A stretch of DNA of 63,066 nt, filler included, from Ministeria vibrans ATCC 50519 (Eukaryota; Protista; Filasterea): assembly GCA_943704425.1 (NCBI GenBank). It is 7 parts of 7 records of this genome, joined end to end, with 100 filler letters (N's around TTAATTAATTAA, not from the genome) between each part and the next. Parts side by side here need not be neighbours in the genome. Positions count along the whole stretch, not along the records: positions 1 to 15,660 come from CALSCP010000989.1; 6 more parts are not named here. One strand, written 5' to 3'. The notes under the pieces were generated by a model, which worked only from the letters and a program-made list of their open reading frames with translations, had not been told where the DNA came from and did no database searches. The position numbers and the translations under genes are program-made. Within the stretch, counting starts at the first letter, position 1, and the number at the start of each line of letters is the position of its first letter. Positions 1-11,277 of this stretch are shown here, one piece after another.

Positions 1-730
1 GATGGCCTCATTGTCGTTGGCTGCCGGATCGACACGACTGTCCGCTAGCAACAGCTGAACCACGGCCGAGTGACCGTACTCGCTGGCACCTCGGATGGCA
101 AAATTGTCGTTGGCTGCCGGATCGACGCGACCGTCCGCTAGCAACAGCTGAACCACGGCCGAGTGACCGTTCCTACTGGCGCGTTGTATAGCTTCATTGT
201 TCCAGGCTGCCGGATCGACACGACCGTCCGCTAGCAACAGCTGAACCACCGCCAAGTGGTCGTTCGCACTGGCGAGTCGGATGGCTTCATTGTTACCGGC
301 CGCCGGATCGACACGACTGTCCGCCAGCAACAGTTCAACCACCGCTGAGTGATCGTTCCTACTGGCGTGTCGGATGGCAAAATTGCGGCTGGCTGCCGGA
401 TCGACGCGACTGTCCGCTAGCAACAGCTGAACCACCGCCAAGTCACCGGTCTCACTGGCGCATTGTATAGCGACATTGTAGTGGGCTGCCGGATCGACGC
501 GACCGTCCGCTAGCAACAGCTGAACCACCTCTGAGTGATCGTTCCTACTGGCGTATCGGATGGCTGCATTGTGGTCGGCAGCCGGATCGACACGACTGTC
601 CATTAGCAACAGTTCAACCACCGCCGAATGACCGTTTTTACTGGCGTATCGAATGGCGTAATTGCCGTCGGCGGCAGGGTTAATCCGAGCATCGGCCAGC
701 AACAATTCAACCACTGCCACCTGGCCAGCC
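1..730 (-). repeat. 102-bp tandem coding repeat (ankyrin units)
   Basis: The motif gccggatcgac(a/g)cgac recurs with 102-bp periodicity. Confidence 0.9.
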
Positions 731-1383
731 TCACTCGCGCATCCGATTCCGTTTGTTCTCGTTGTTGACGGGTCCATTTCACCAAGAAGACGTCTCACTG
801 TCTCTTCCATGCCACACCCGCAAGCATACTCAAACAAGTTCCCAACCTTAATCGCACTCACGTCCACTCGTTGGTGCTCCAGTATCAACGCCCCTATCGA
901 CCATCAACGAGCGTTTAAGGCGCACTCAAACATAGACTGAATGTCTCCAATTTCCAAATCGCGCTGTGACAAAATCTCACTGACAATGTTGACAATGTTG
1001 TTGGCCCGTCCTGTATGGCACGCGTGTTTCAGCACATCTAACCTGGGTGCAGCTGGATGTACACATTGCGCAAGGAACAACATGAGGCGAAAGAGCGACC
1101 GTCGTTGAGCCTGTAATAACAACAAGCGAACACTCTGGGAAGACATGCGACGCGCACCATGCCATTTCGGGGGCGGTCGCCGCGTGCTCAGACGCAGCAG
1201 AACCTCCAGTGCAATCGCTTCATCTGCGTCGTCGTAAGAGGCCTTCACCTGTGGCAGTGTTGTGAAACCTGTGTACGCAACAATTTCGCGCCACTCGTGG
1301 CTGACGCCCGACAAAGCCACAGCCACTCGTGGTGTACACCAGCCAACAATGGCGCACTTGCAATCGAATGAGAGACGTTCCAT
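1..1383 (-). CDS. F-box + ankyrin-repeat protein, intronless, with one in-frame TGA at 904-906; runs off the window edge
   Basis: ATG at 1383 gives MERLSFDCKCAIVGWCTPRVAVALSGVSHEWREIV (F-box-like). After the TGA the same frame continues open to position 1 through about 8 34-aa repeats of the form RVDPAAxxNxAIRxASxNGHSAVVQLLLAD. Confidence 0.8.
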
Positions 1384-1729
1384 TACAAAAGACAAAGACA
1401 AAGAAAAATAAAATAATAATAATAATTATTAATAATAATTATTAATAATATCAAGATGAAAGAAAAATCTCGTTTCTCGCTGTCAGACGCTGTGTCATTC
1501 ACTATTTCACTTCTGTGAGTTCTTTCAGATTTTAGACACGGCACATACTCACACAGCCGTTATACATTTTTGACCTGCCTATTTGCTAACTGTCCGTCCA
1601 AGTTACTTTTTTAATTTCATGTAAAATTTGGTCCGAAGTCGATTTTGTTTCGTGGGTGTGACTTAAAACTGGAGGTAATTGAGAAGTAATTGATGAAATA
1701 ATTGTTAATTGTAGTCCACACGACTATCT

Positions 1730-2900
1730 GCTAGCAGTAGATGATACACCCAAAAGTGACCGTTCACACTGGCGTATCATTGTCGTTGGCGGCAGGGTCA
1801 ATTCGAGCATCTACCAGCAACAGTCGTGTTGATCCGGCAGCCAACGACAATTTTGCCATCCGATTCGCCAGTGCGAACAATCACTCGGCGGTGGTTGAAC
1901 TGTTGCTGGCAGCAGCTGAACCACCGCTGAGTGGCCGTTCCTACTGGCGTATCGAATGGCTTTATTGTCGTCGGCGGCAGGATCGACACGACCATCCGCT
2001 AGCAACAACTGGAGCACCGCTAAGTGACCGTTCGCACTGGCGTATCGGATGACATGGTTGCTGGTAGCTGCCGGATCAACACGACCGTCCGCTAGCAACA
2101 GCTGAACCACCGCCGAGTGACCGTTCACACTGGCGCGTCGGACCTCATTGTCGTCGGCGGCAGGGTCAATTCGATCCGCTAGTAACATTTCAGTAACATT
2201 TCAACGACCGCTGAGTGACTGTTCGCGCTGGCGAATCGGATGGCGTGATTGTGGTCAGCTGCCGGATCAACACGACCGTCCGCTAGAAGCAGCTGAACAA
2301 CCGCCGAGTGACCGTTCGCACTGGCGTACCGGATGGCAAAATTGTCGTCGGCAGCCGGATTGACACGACTGTCTGCTAGCAATACCTGGACCACCGCCAA
2401 GTGACCGTACCTACTGGCGTATCGGATGACTGCGTTGTCTACGGCTGCCGGATCGACCGCACTCCCAACAAACTCTGACTGTCTCCAATTTCCATATCAC
2501 GCTGTGACAAAATCTCACTGACAATGTCGGCCCGTCCTGCACGGCACGCGTGCTTCAACTCACGTGTAAAGCTGGCTGCAGCTGGATGAACGCATTGCGC
2601 AAGGAACAACATGAGGCGAAAGAGAGAACAGGCCGTCGCGTCGGACGCGAACAGTCCCAGAAGACATGCGACGCGCACCATGCCATTTCGGGAGCGAACG
2701 CCGCGTGCTCAGACGCAGCAAAACTTCCAAAGCAACCACCGCATCTCTGTCGAAGTAATAGGTCTTCTTCGCCTGTGGCAGTGTTGTGTTACGCGACAAT
2801 TTCGCGCCACTCATGGTTGACGCCCGACAAAGCCACAGCCGCTTGTGGTGTACACCAGCCAACAATGGCGCACTTGCAATCGAATGAGAGTCGTTCGATA
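1730..2900 (-). pseudogene. Degenerate paralog of the F-box/ankyrin gene
   Basis: Near-identical N-terminal DNA to the first copy (2480-2900 vs 940-1383). The start ATG is changed to ATC, there are frameshifts and deletions, and one ankyrin unit is inverted (1821-1909). Confidence 0.8.
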
Positions 2901-3021
2901 CAAAAGTGAAAAAGTTGGGTTGGCTTGGCTGTTGGTCGTTGGAGTGGAAAATGATCTTTCTTACTTCTTAGTCCTTCTATGAATATAGCATAATTCTTGT
3001 CATTCTCTCAGTGCATCAATC

Positions 3022-3394
3022 ATGCGTGCGGTAAGATACAAACCACCCCTGCCGACAGCACACCACAGCCGACCACAGCCGACCGCACGATCCGATTCAA
3101 CGTCTCTTACCGGTCCCCTCTCTGATCTTCTCGCTGTAGAGCCTCGTAACCTTGGCATACCGAACTGTCAATGCGGCCAAGGTCGACCTTGTCGGCTTGC
3201 ACCGGCCGAACAACGTGCCAAGGCTTCAGAAGGAATTCCAGAAGCTGCACAACGAGGGCGTCCCTGTGCATCTCTTCAAGAAGAGCGAGAGCCTGCAAGT
3301 CCGCTGCATGATCGGCCTCAGCGCCCTCACGGCGGCATTCTCTCTCCTGGGCCTCGGTTCTATGGCCTTTGGAGTGCGAAAAATCGCGAACTGA
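3022..3394 (+). CDS. COX7A: Cytochrome c oxidase subunit VIIa-like
   Basis: MRA / GT-AG intron / ...NNVPRLQKEFQKLHNEGVPVHLFKK followed by one TM helix. Matches the COX7A NKVxxxQKxFQ...PVHL motif. Confidence 0.75.
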
Positions 3395-3421
3395 GTTGGT
3401 TGGTTCATTTTGTACAAAATG

Positions 3422-3466
<45 letters not shown>

Positions 3467-3468
<2 letters not shown>

Positions 3469-4900
3469 ACCATTGCTGGACAACACCAAGGGCCGTGACA
3501 GCATCGTAGAAGAAGGAATTCTGCAGCGGCAAGTCCTTTCCCGTCACGGCCTTCTGGATCTCTTGCGCCAGTGTGCCGCCAACAAGAGCGCAGACGGGCG
3601 CGAGCTCAGCCGGCGCGACTGTGCGCGCAACCGCCGGGTGGACCGGGGCATCGGGCGCCCGCGGCACCACCGCGTCCGGGTCAAGGCCACGCGTACGCAC
3701 CGCGTCCCTCACCAGCTCGTACAGGGGCGGCGCGTCCATTGCCGACTGTGGCAATCGCCCGTGCTGTGCGTGAAATTCGAGAAGACCTGAAATCACACGC
3801 CGTAAGGTGAGAAACCCAAAAGGGAGCGAAAGAAAGAGATAGAGGCTGTTGTCGTACCAATGACGGAAAAGAGCAGAGTGGGAATGGTCTTGCGATCGCG
3901 ACCGACAGTCCCTTCAAAGGACCTCCCAAACGATTCCTAAACCACACACACACATTCACACACACACGCACCATCAACACACGCACACACACACCCACAC
4001 CACAAAGACATCAAGCACACTCTTAGACAAAGAGGACTTACGGCAAACGACGAGAAGGCAACCGTTGCAGAATGGGTCTCAATCGTGCTCTCGCCGTCTC
4101 CAGTGCCCGACGAAACTGTCTTTTCCCTAAACCGCTCACATTAGCACCACACACAACAAACACACACACATTAAAATATATATATATATATCGTACTCAA
4201 TGTACGCGTGTGAATCGCCCAGATCCGAGTAAAAGAAGCCCACCATTCCAAAGACGTGCGCCGCAAACATTTTGACATGGTGCGCACGACACACTCGATT
4301 CAAGTGTAGCTACACTCCATGTCAGTGCGTGCACTTTAGCGTCTTCTCAGTGCTCTCCTACCAGCAGTGCCTTGTCCATGACGGTGCAGAGGACCGCGTG
4401 AAACCCCGCAATGTAGTCGTCGGGCAGGTCTGTCGGACGTCGAGTGTCGGCGCGCACGTCGACACGCGGATTCAACGCCTGCACACTCGCTACACTCGCT
4501 TCGGCCCGCTAAACAAAGCCACAGGCATAATCAGAGACAAAGCACAGTGGCACGGAGGCGCTACTCACGTTCTTTCCTAGATCATCAGCGCCAACAAAGA
4601 AAAACGCAGCCAAGTCGTTTTCGCCAATCGCCTGCAAAAAGACCGCAACACCAAAAGCAGAGGAGTGAGCAGGACGGCGCGACAGGCGAAACACACAGCC
4701 TCCGCCACTCGCACCTCATGGTCACAAAGAACCACAGACTTGACCCCAACAAGCACGAGATTCTTGGCCACTTCGGAGGCAACTCCCCGCACGCCCACAA
4801 TGAGAATCCGCGATGCTCGCAGCTTCTGCTGCGTTTCCACGCCCCACAAGCGTATCTGCCTATCATACAATTGTGCCTCGTCCTCTGTAATATTCGACAT
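3467..4900 (-). CDS. SAE1: SUMO-activating enzyme subunit 1 (Aos1), multi-exon
   Basis: N-terminus MSNITEDEAQLYDRQIRLWG...SEVAKNLVLVGV; C-terminus ELAPVCALVGGTLAQEIQKAVTGKDLPLQNSFFYD. Confidence 0.9.
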
Positions 4901-5074
4901 CGCCACAGACGATAAATAATGAAATATGATCAATCCATCCTTCAAAGACCTATAATTATTCAATAATATAAGGTCTTAATGTGCCTTTCTTAAAAATATG
5001 TCTCTTCTTCTTGTTATACAATCATATTATGATATATTATATTATATTATACTATACTATTATAATTTTAGGAT

Positions 5075-6937
5075 CTACACTTTGACGTCGGGATCAAAGG
5101 AAAGAAAGATCTGAGCAAAGCGGCGCGAGGCAACCTTGCCAAGGTTGACGAGGCCGGCGTGACGACGCACCTGGACGCCCGCAAGTAGCAGCGGACGCTG
5201 CTGCGGCTCACACCGCCGATACGCCTCCAGTAGCATTGCTGGCGACGGATACGCTCCTACAATTGCCTGTGCTGCCGCCTCCGCAATCCCCGGCACAGTC
5301 CGCAGCTGCTCAAACCATATTTCTAATTGCAAATTATTATTAGTTAGTTTGTCACACACCTCTGCTCTCCCTCATCCCCCCCCTGATACCTTTGTGATTG
5401 CTTTTGGGTTTGCGCTCGGAGCTGGCATGAAACAAAAAGACTGGCTTCATCTTGGCATATGGTCTCTCGGCAATGGCCACCGAGTAGTAGCCCAGCTGCT
5501 CGGCGGCCGCCACAGCCGAGTCGCACACGCGGTGGTAGATGCAAGCAAACTGCAGGTCAAGCAGCGCCTCGTCCACACGGTCCCGCGCCACAGACACGTC
5601 CCGTCCCAAGCCGCCATCACTCTTGTTGCGCCCCAGTCGACGGTACACATCGCCAAGTCCCACAATGAGTAACGTGACGCGCTGTTGTGGAAACGCTTGC
5701 GCCACTCTCCCACCATCGCGCACCAGCGACTCCGAGCACGCCATGTCCACCAGCTGCTGCCCACTCACAATCACCATCACATCCTGTGCGTCAACCGTGC
5801 TCTTGTGCTCTACAACCTCGGTGCCTTCTGCGTCATAGCGCGACTCACATCGCCGCCACTGCACCACACACCCAAGCAGACCCTCAGCCACGCCCGTGTC
5901 CATCTCCACCGTCACACCTTGCTCCGTAAGCAACGAGCGACACTCAGCAAGCACACGCCCTTCGTCAACTCCTTCAAGACCCGCTCCAAGTGTACAGGTT
6001 AGAGCGGCGAGACAGTCGGCACGACTACGTCGTTTCGACTGTTCACGTGCCGCCGCTTGCTTGGCTGCCTCGCATGACTTGACATGACGCGCTTCTGCCC
6101 GCTCCGCTTGCTTGGCCTCGCGTGCCGCCTTCACTGCCGCCTGCTTGGTCATCTTCGAAGATGCCACAGGGCTGCTTGCAGGCGCCGAAACAGTTCTTGT
6201 TGGCGGTCGACGTGACACTGTCGACGCAGCAGTTGTGGTGGTCGTCAAGACCGTTGAGACACTTCGAGAGAGCAGCAGCGAGGGCGCCAGCAAATCATCA
6301 TCGTCATCATCATCCTCGTCACCCTCTCGCCTTTCTTCTTCCTCCTCCTTCCTCCTCTTCTTCGCCGTCCTTTGCATCTTTTTCGGGTTGACACGAAGAA
6401 AATTCTCTTCATCAGACGACTCATTCCGAGCCACAACGTCCCGAGAACCCACCTTCTTGGCAGCCGACTCTCTTTGCATCTCCGCATCGTCATCACCATC
6501 ACCACCAGCGTCGTCGTCGCCGTCGTCCGCGTCAGAGTTCCATACCGGCTTGCGTCGCTTTCGCGCTGAGCGTCTTGGAGATTCAATCACAATGGCGGCC
6601 GCAGCTGCCGCCGCCGCTGCTCCTAGTAAGGGAATCGTCGGCGGCTCGTCGGCGGGTCCCGGGAACGGCCCATCGCTGGATTCCACTTGAGCGCTTCCGT
6701 CGAACAACCTACAAACAAAAAATAAACCAAAACGAAACGGCTGTGCCGTACGAGTGTTTCCCGCTACCGATTGAGCGTCAGCTCGACGCGACCCGTCTTG
6801 GAAAGGTCCCTAAGAACCACTTCAAGTGTCGCTGTAGGGCATATCTATGTAGAAACGGGGTGGGAGACGAAAGAGAGAAGAGTTAGTCGACGGATAAGAA
6901 ACACAGCTTTTCTTACTTCTTGTATTTGTTCCAACAT
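5075..6937 (-). CDS. EME1: Crossover-junction endonuclease EME1/Mms4-like with N-terminal CUE domain
   Basis: Degenerate ERCC4 region (RVDEALLDLQ...SVAIAERPYAK) and HhH2 tail (WFEQLRTVPGIAEAAAQAIVGAYPSP...LGKVASRRFAQIF). Exons 6937-6917, 6844-6768 and 6708-5360 plus a final exon, with phases consistent. Confidence 0.85.
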
Positions 6938-7087
6938 GGTGCGATAAAGCGGGTGAATCACATCCGGAAATGACTCGGACATGTCAAATGCTTTATTAAA
7001 AATAAATTTATTCTAAAATTTACAATATTAAATCAATATTATGACGTTTATTATTGTTTACAAAATTGTACAAGTCATACCATCTGA

Positions 7088-8725
7088 CTACTTCCACTCA
7101 GGAGTTTGAAAGGATACGTGACGGGGCGGAGCAGCTCCGAGACGATGCTGGGCACGTCGTACGATGGCAATTTCTTCGAGGATCTGCTGTGCTCGTCGTT
7201 CAAGGGCCAGCGCTTGTGTGCTCAATTGCTCTGCTTCGGTTTGACGCGCCGCTGTGACAGCGCGACTGGGACTGGCGAAAACGGAGGAAGAAGGACTTGC
7301 TGAAGGAGTCGAGTGATGCCGGAGAGATGGTGGCAAATGGTATTGAGAGGAGACAGTGAAGGCAGTGGCGACAGGAGAGGCGACGGTACGACTGGACGGA
7401 CGCCAGGCAGGCGAGCCTGGTGTGCGACGACGATCGGGGTGGCGTCCGGGAGGCTCACTGCCCGGTACACACATGCTTGCCACGTGGGCTCGAGCCATAT
7501 GGCTCGTACTAGTGCATTGGTCATGGTCATTTGCAGGCGGATCGCGACCATTTTCGGCGGGAAAAAGACGTCTTCTGGTGGGAATGAGCGAATGTGGCGG
7601 CGACTCGCGTGCCTGTGGTGCGCTCACTGACTGCTCCTTAGGGTGTCTCACGGTGATCTGCGGCTGAAGTGGGTGTGGAGTGGTGGGCACTGGGTCGTCT
7701 GCGTGAGAGTGTGCCGGGAGACGCGGTGGGGAGGGAAGGCATCCCGTAGCCGGGTCTACAGCGTGCGTGGCAATGACGGCCTCGGCGACGGCAAGGGCAG
7801 CTGCGGCCTCGGCACTTGCTGTGGCTGCGTCTGTGTCGACGGGCGACCAGCGCAGTGGAGTCGCAGCGAAATCGTCAATAGACAGCGACAAATGGTGACG
7901 CACGACACTGTATACAGCGGGCGGCGCGAGCTCGACGGGGTGCTCGTGCGTGTGCAGTGTGAGTGTCGCTGCGCGCGTGTGTTCGCCTGTACTCATCGTT
8001 GAGTCGCTGTGCTTGCGTGTCTTTTTCTTCTGACGAGACAACTTTTCTGATGCCACAGTGTCCGAGAGACACGCGTCGTCATCGAATGGAATAAAGCTGA
8101 AGCAGTCGTCGCCGTCGTCGTCGTCAAGGACATCGGCAGTGACAACGTCGACAGGTTGTCCACCGCTGCTACTGCTGTGCTCGACGCCCCCTCGATTCCA
8201 CGGCCAGGCGGTAATGGCCTCGCCGCGGCCGCCAATCCTCACTGCTGGCTCGGTGGCTCGTCGGGTTGGTCGTGATCGATAGGGTGTCATGAGTTGTCCG
8301 TCTGAGTCTGTCAGCTGCAAATCGTCGGGTGAGAGTGACGGCGCGCCTTGGCGCAGCGACAGTGCGGGCGACGACACCGGAGAAACAACGTCCTGTGCAT
8401 GCGGCGCATCGTGAATGCTACTGGCCGTAGGAGGTGTGGAGTCTGGCGAGGATTGACGGATGTTTGCAAATGTCGACGAAGGAAGTTCCTTCTTGGGGTC
8501 CGGTGCGGTACGCTTGCGCTCCATAGCTGCCGTTGTCGTTGGTAATACTCGGGGTACATGCAGCTTGTTTGTCTGCTGCAACGCACCGCTCCTTCCTTTT
8601 GTAGGGGAGTCTGGCAGAGAATGTCGTCGGCGCACAACCGATTTCTTGAGCCGCTCAAACAGCGTTGACTTCCCGCGGTCAGTCTCCCCGAGACGGGCAC
8701 GTTCGGTGTCGAGTGGGAGACTCAT
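7088..8725 (-). CDS. Hypothetical low-complexity Ser/Pro-rich protein with a short C-terminal coiled coil
   Basis: Long single ORF (about 545 aa from ATG 8725) flanked by AT-rich intergenic DNA. No recognised domain. Confidence 0.6.
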   Translation of the reverse strand: MSLPLDTERARLGETDRGKSTLFERLKKSVVRRRHSLPDSPTKGRSGALQQTNKLHVPRVLPTTTAAMERKRTAPDPKKELPSSTFANIRQSSPDSTPPTASSIHDAPHAQDVVSPVSSPALSLRQGAPSLSPDDLQLTDSDGQLMTPYRSRPTRRATEPAVRIGGRGEAITAWPWNRGGVEHSSSSGGQPVDVVTADVLDDDDGDDCFSFIPFDDDACLSDTVASEKLSRQKKKTRKHSDSTMSTGEHTRAATLTLHTHEHPVELAPPAVYSVVRHHLSLSIDDFAATPLRWSPVDTDAATASAEAAAALAVAEAVIATHAVDPATGCLPSPPRLPAHSHADDPVPTTPHPLQPQITVRHPKEQSVSAPQARESPPHSLIPTRRRLFPAENGRDPPANDHDQCTSTSHMARAHVASMCVPGSEPPGRHPDRRRTPGSPAWRPSSRTVASPVATAFTVSSQYHLPPSLRHHSTPSASPSSSVFASPSRAVTAARQTEAEQLSTQALALERRAQQILEEIAIVRRAQHRLGAAPPRHVSFQTPEWK

Positions 8726-8928
8726 ATTAAACCCCTCCCCCCAAAACAAAAAAAAAAAGCGAACGAGCAGAGGCTAAAGAGGCGTGCCAGAGGAGAAGTA
8801 AAAAGAATTTTCATTAATTTTGAAAATGGTTTGTCATTTGAATTTGATTGGCTTCCCATTCAAGATCGCCAAACAGATCGCCAAACAGATCGCCAAACAG
8901 ATCTTGCCGTCGCCACAAATTTATTCCA

Positions 8929-9479
8929 ATGTCTCGAAAGATTGCAATTTCCATTGACGGCAGCTCACACGCCGACCGTGCCTTCGAGTGGGCGCTTGAG
9001 AATCTCGTGCGGGCGGGCGACGAAGTTCACCTGCTGCACATTCTCGAATCGAAGGAAGTCTCTCTGCACAACCCCAAGTTTACCTCGGGCCTGTGCATGC
9101 CCTTTGATGAGTGGCAGAAGGTTGTCGAGGAGGCGTACGCAAACGCTCGGGAGCTGCTTGCGCCGTATGTGGCGCGGGTCAAGAAGCGCAGCCTTGCTTG
9201 CGAAATGCAGGTGAAGCCCGGCGTTCCCTCGGACGGCGCAGCCATTGTCGACATTGCCGAGTCGCGCTTGCATGCAAACTCTATTGTCATGGGCACGCGT
9301 GGACGCGGCAAGGTCGGTTTTGAGACGCATCATCTATCCAATGTTGACTCGTGTTTGTTTGTTTGTAGCTTCATCGAGCGCTTCTCGGCAGTACTTCGCA
9401 CTACGTTCTCCACCACGCAACCATTCCTGTTATTATTGTCCGAGAGCCCAAGGCTGATACAGAGAAGGCTCTCGTATAA
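8929..9479 (+). CDS. Universal stress protein (UspA family)
   Basis: MSRKIAISIDGSSHADRAFEWA...IVMGTRGRGK / intron / LHRALLGSTSHYVLHHATIPVIIVR. Confidence 0.92.
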
Positions 9480-9727
9480 TTCTTATTAAGAGAAGAAGAG
9501 GAAGAAGAAGACAAAGTTGAATTAATGAATTACAATTTCACAGTTTGTTTTACTGGCGATCACACACACAACAAGCGAAAAATCAGTGGCTCAGACGTCA
9601 GCGTTTAGACCCAGTTAGCGTTCGTCATTTATTATTCGTCAGTCGTCAATGAGAAAAGCTCACGCCCGATGACGTTCAATCGTCACCGAATTATTAATAA
9701 TAATTATTATTTCACTTGTCTCTGTTC

Positions 9728-10284
9728 ATGGTACTGAAACACTGCTTGGAACGATCGTGCGAGGTCAACGCTCCAGCGCTCACTCCAGTGTTGCAAGCGG
9801 AAATTCTATCTGCACTCCAATTGTACGCTCTCCTGTCCCACGCCCCCTTCCCAACGCGCCTGACACTTCCCCAGTGCCTTTGATGCAGAGCATATGATCA
9901 GATCACCGGATGCCGTGCAGACACGCAGCCACCGACCAAACAGAAAGCGCGACGGAAAAGGCAAAAGGGCAGCGGTCGCTTCAGACGGCATCAGAGAGAC
10001 TGCTCGCGCCACGAGTGTGCCGGACGACGACACCAGCGCAGCCCGAATGGCGGCCATCAAGGCCCGGCGCAAGGAGAAGGCTAAGCGCAAGCAGCGACGG
10101 CGCAGAGACCGTGCGCGGGAACAGCGCACTGTCGACGAGGCGGCCCGTCGCTTGGAAGAGGCCATGCTGGCGGAGCCCACTGCCGCAGCAGCACAACCAG
10201 CATCTTCAACAGCAACAGCATCAGCAGCACAACCATTGCCGTCAACAGCAACATCAACAGCAACAGCAACATCAACAGCAACAT

Positions 10285-10325
<41 letters not shown>

Positions 10326-11277
10326 TCATTGTCTTCGACAACACCAACACCGACGGCAATAGCAGCAACACCGAAAGGGAAGCCGGCTCGCAAACGTGAG
10401 CGCGACGAAGCAGAAGAAGCCACAGCAAAAGAAAAAGACAACGATGACGAACCCAAGCGAATACGCACAACACCAACAACAGCACAGCACGAGAGCAACG
10501 ACGGCCACGATGGCGACGACGACGACGACGAAGCGCCCGCTCCCGCTGCGGTCATCGCCGGCATGAACGCTGTCATGCGTGCACTTGAACAGGACAGTGT
10601 GCGTGTTGTCGTTGCATCGGGTGACGTCCAGCCGTCGCTCATCATTACGCACCTCACCACCCTTGCCGCACTCCGCCGCGTCCCCACTGCACTCCTCATC
10701 TCCATCACTCCAAAGCAACTCGCCGAGCTGGTTGGTCTGCGCTCAGCCACTGTCATTGCCATTCGGGTACACACATATTTACAAGCACGAGGGAGGGAGG
10801 GAGGGAGTGAGTGAGTGAGTGAGTGAGTGAGTGAGTGAGTGTGTGTACATCTTTACATTGTGTGTGTTTGTGTGTGTGTGTCTTTGTATTGTGTGTGTGT
10901 GTCTTTGTATTGTGTGTGTAGTATACCTTTGTATTGTGTGTGTATGTTTTTTGCGTTGTGTGTCTGTGTGTTTTTGTGGTGTATGTCTTTCTCTGTCTGT
11001 GTGTCTGTGTGTGTACTAAGCGAGACATGTAATGTAGAAAGGACCCGCACTAAGCGACCGGTTGACACGACTCGTTGCCACTCTCGAGCAGTCCGTACCA
11101 CTATTCACCTTCCCACACACCGAGAGCACAACAAGTTCCAGTACCAGTGGGACCCCTGCGATGCTGTTGACGCCCTTAAAGACCCGCGCACTGCTGCAAG
11201 AGCGCAGGAAGGAGAAGAAGAAGGCGCACCGTCAAGAGAAGAAGGAGAAGAAGAAGATCCAACTGAGTGCCCTGTAA
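9728..11277 (+). CDS. L7Ae-domain protein, RNase P/MRP subunit RPP38-like; start uncertain
   Basis: VIAGMNAVMRALEQD...LIITHLTTLAALRRVP...LAELVGLRSATVIAIR (L7Ae fold). The last exon has LLTPLKTRALL and a Lys-rich tail. Confidence 0.65.

Noticed and set aside
904-906. Alternative genetic code or selenocysteine at the TGA
   Set aside because: TGA is a normal stop in COX7A, CHMP2A and others here. There is no redox motif, and no SECIS can be assessed.
1-2440. CRISPR-like alternation of constant and variable blocks
   Set aside because: The period is 102 bp and in frame, it encodes ankyrin repeats, the context is eukaryotic, and there are no cas genes.
3422-3465. Poly-A tract after COX7A as a retrocopy signature
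   Set aside because: COX7A keeps its intron, and long A/T tracts are common throughout this sequence.
8863-8903. 12-bp repeat agatcgccaaac x3 upstream of the USP gene
   Set aside because: It is a simple short tandem repeat with no evidence of regulatory function.
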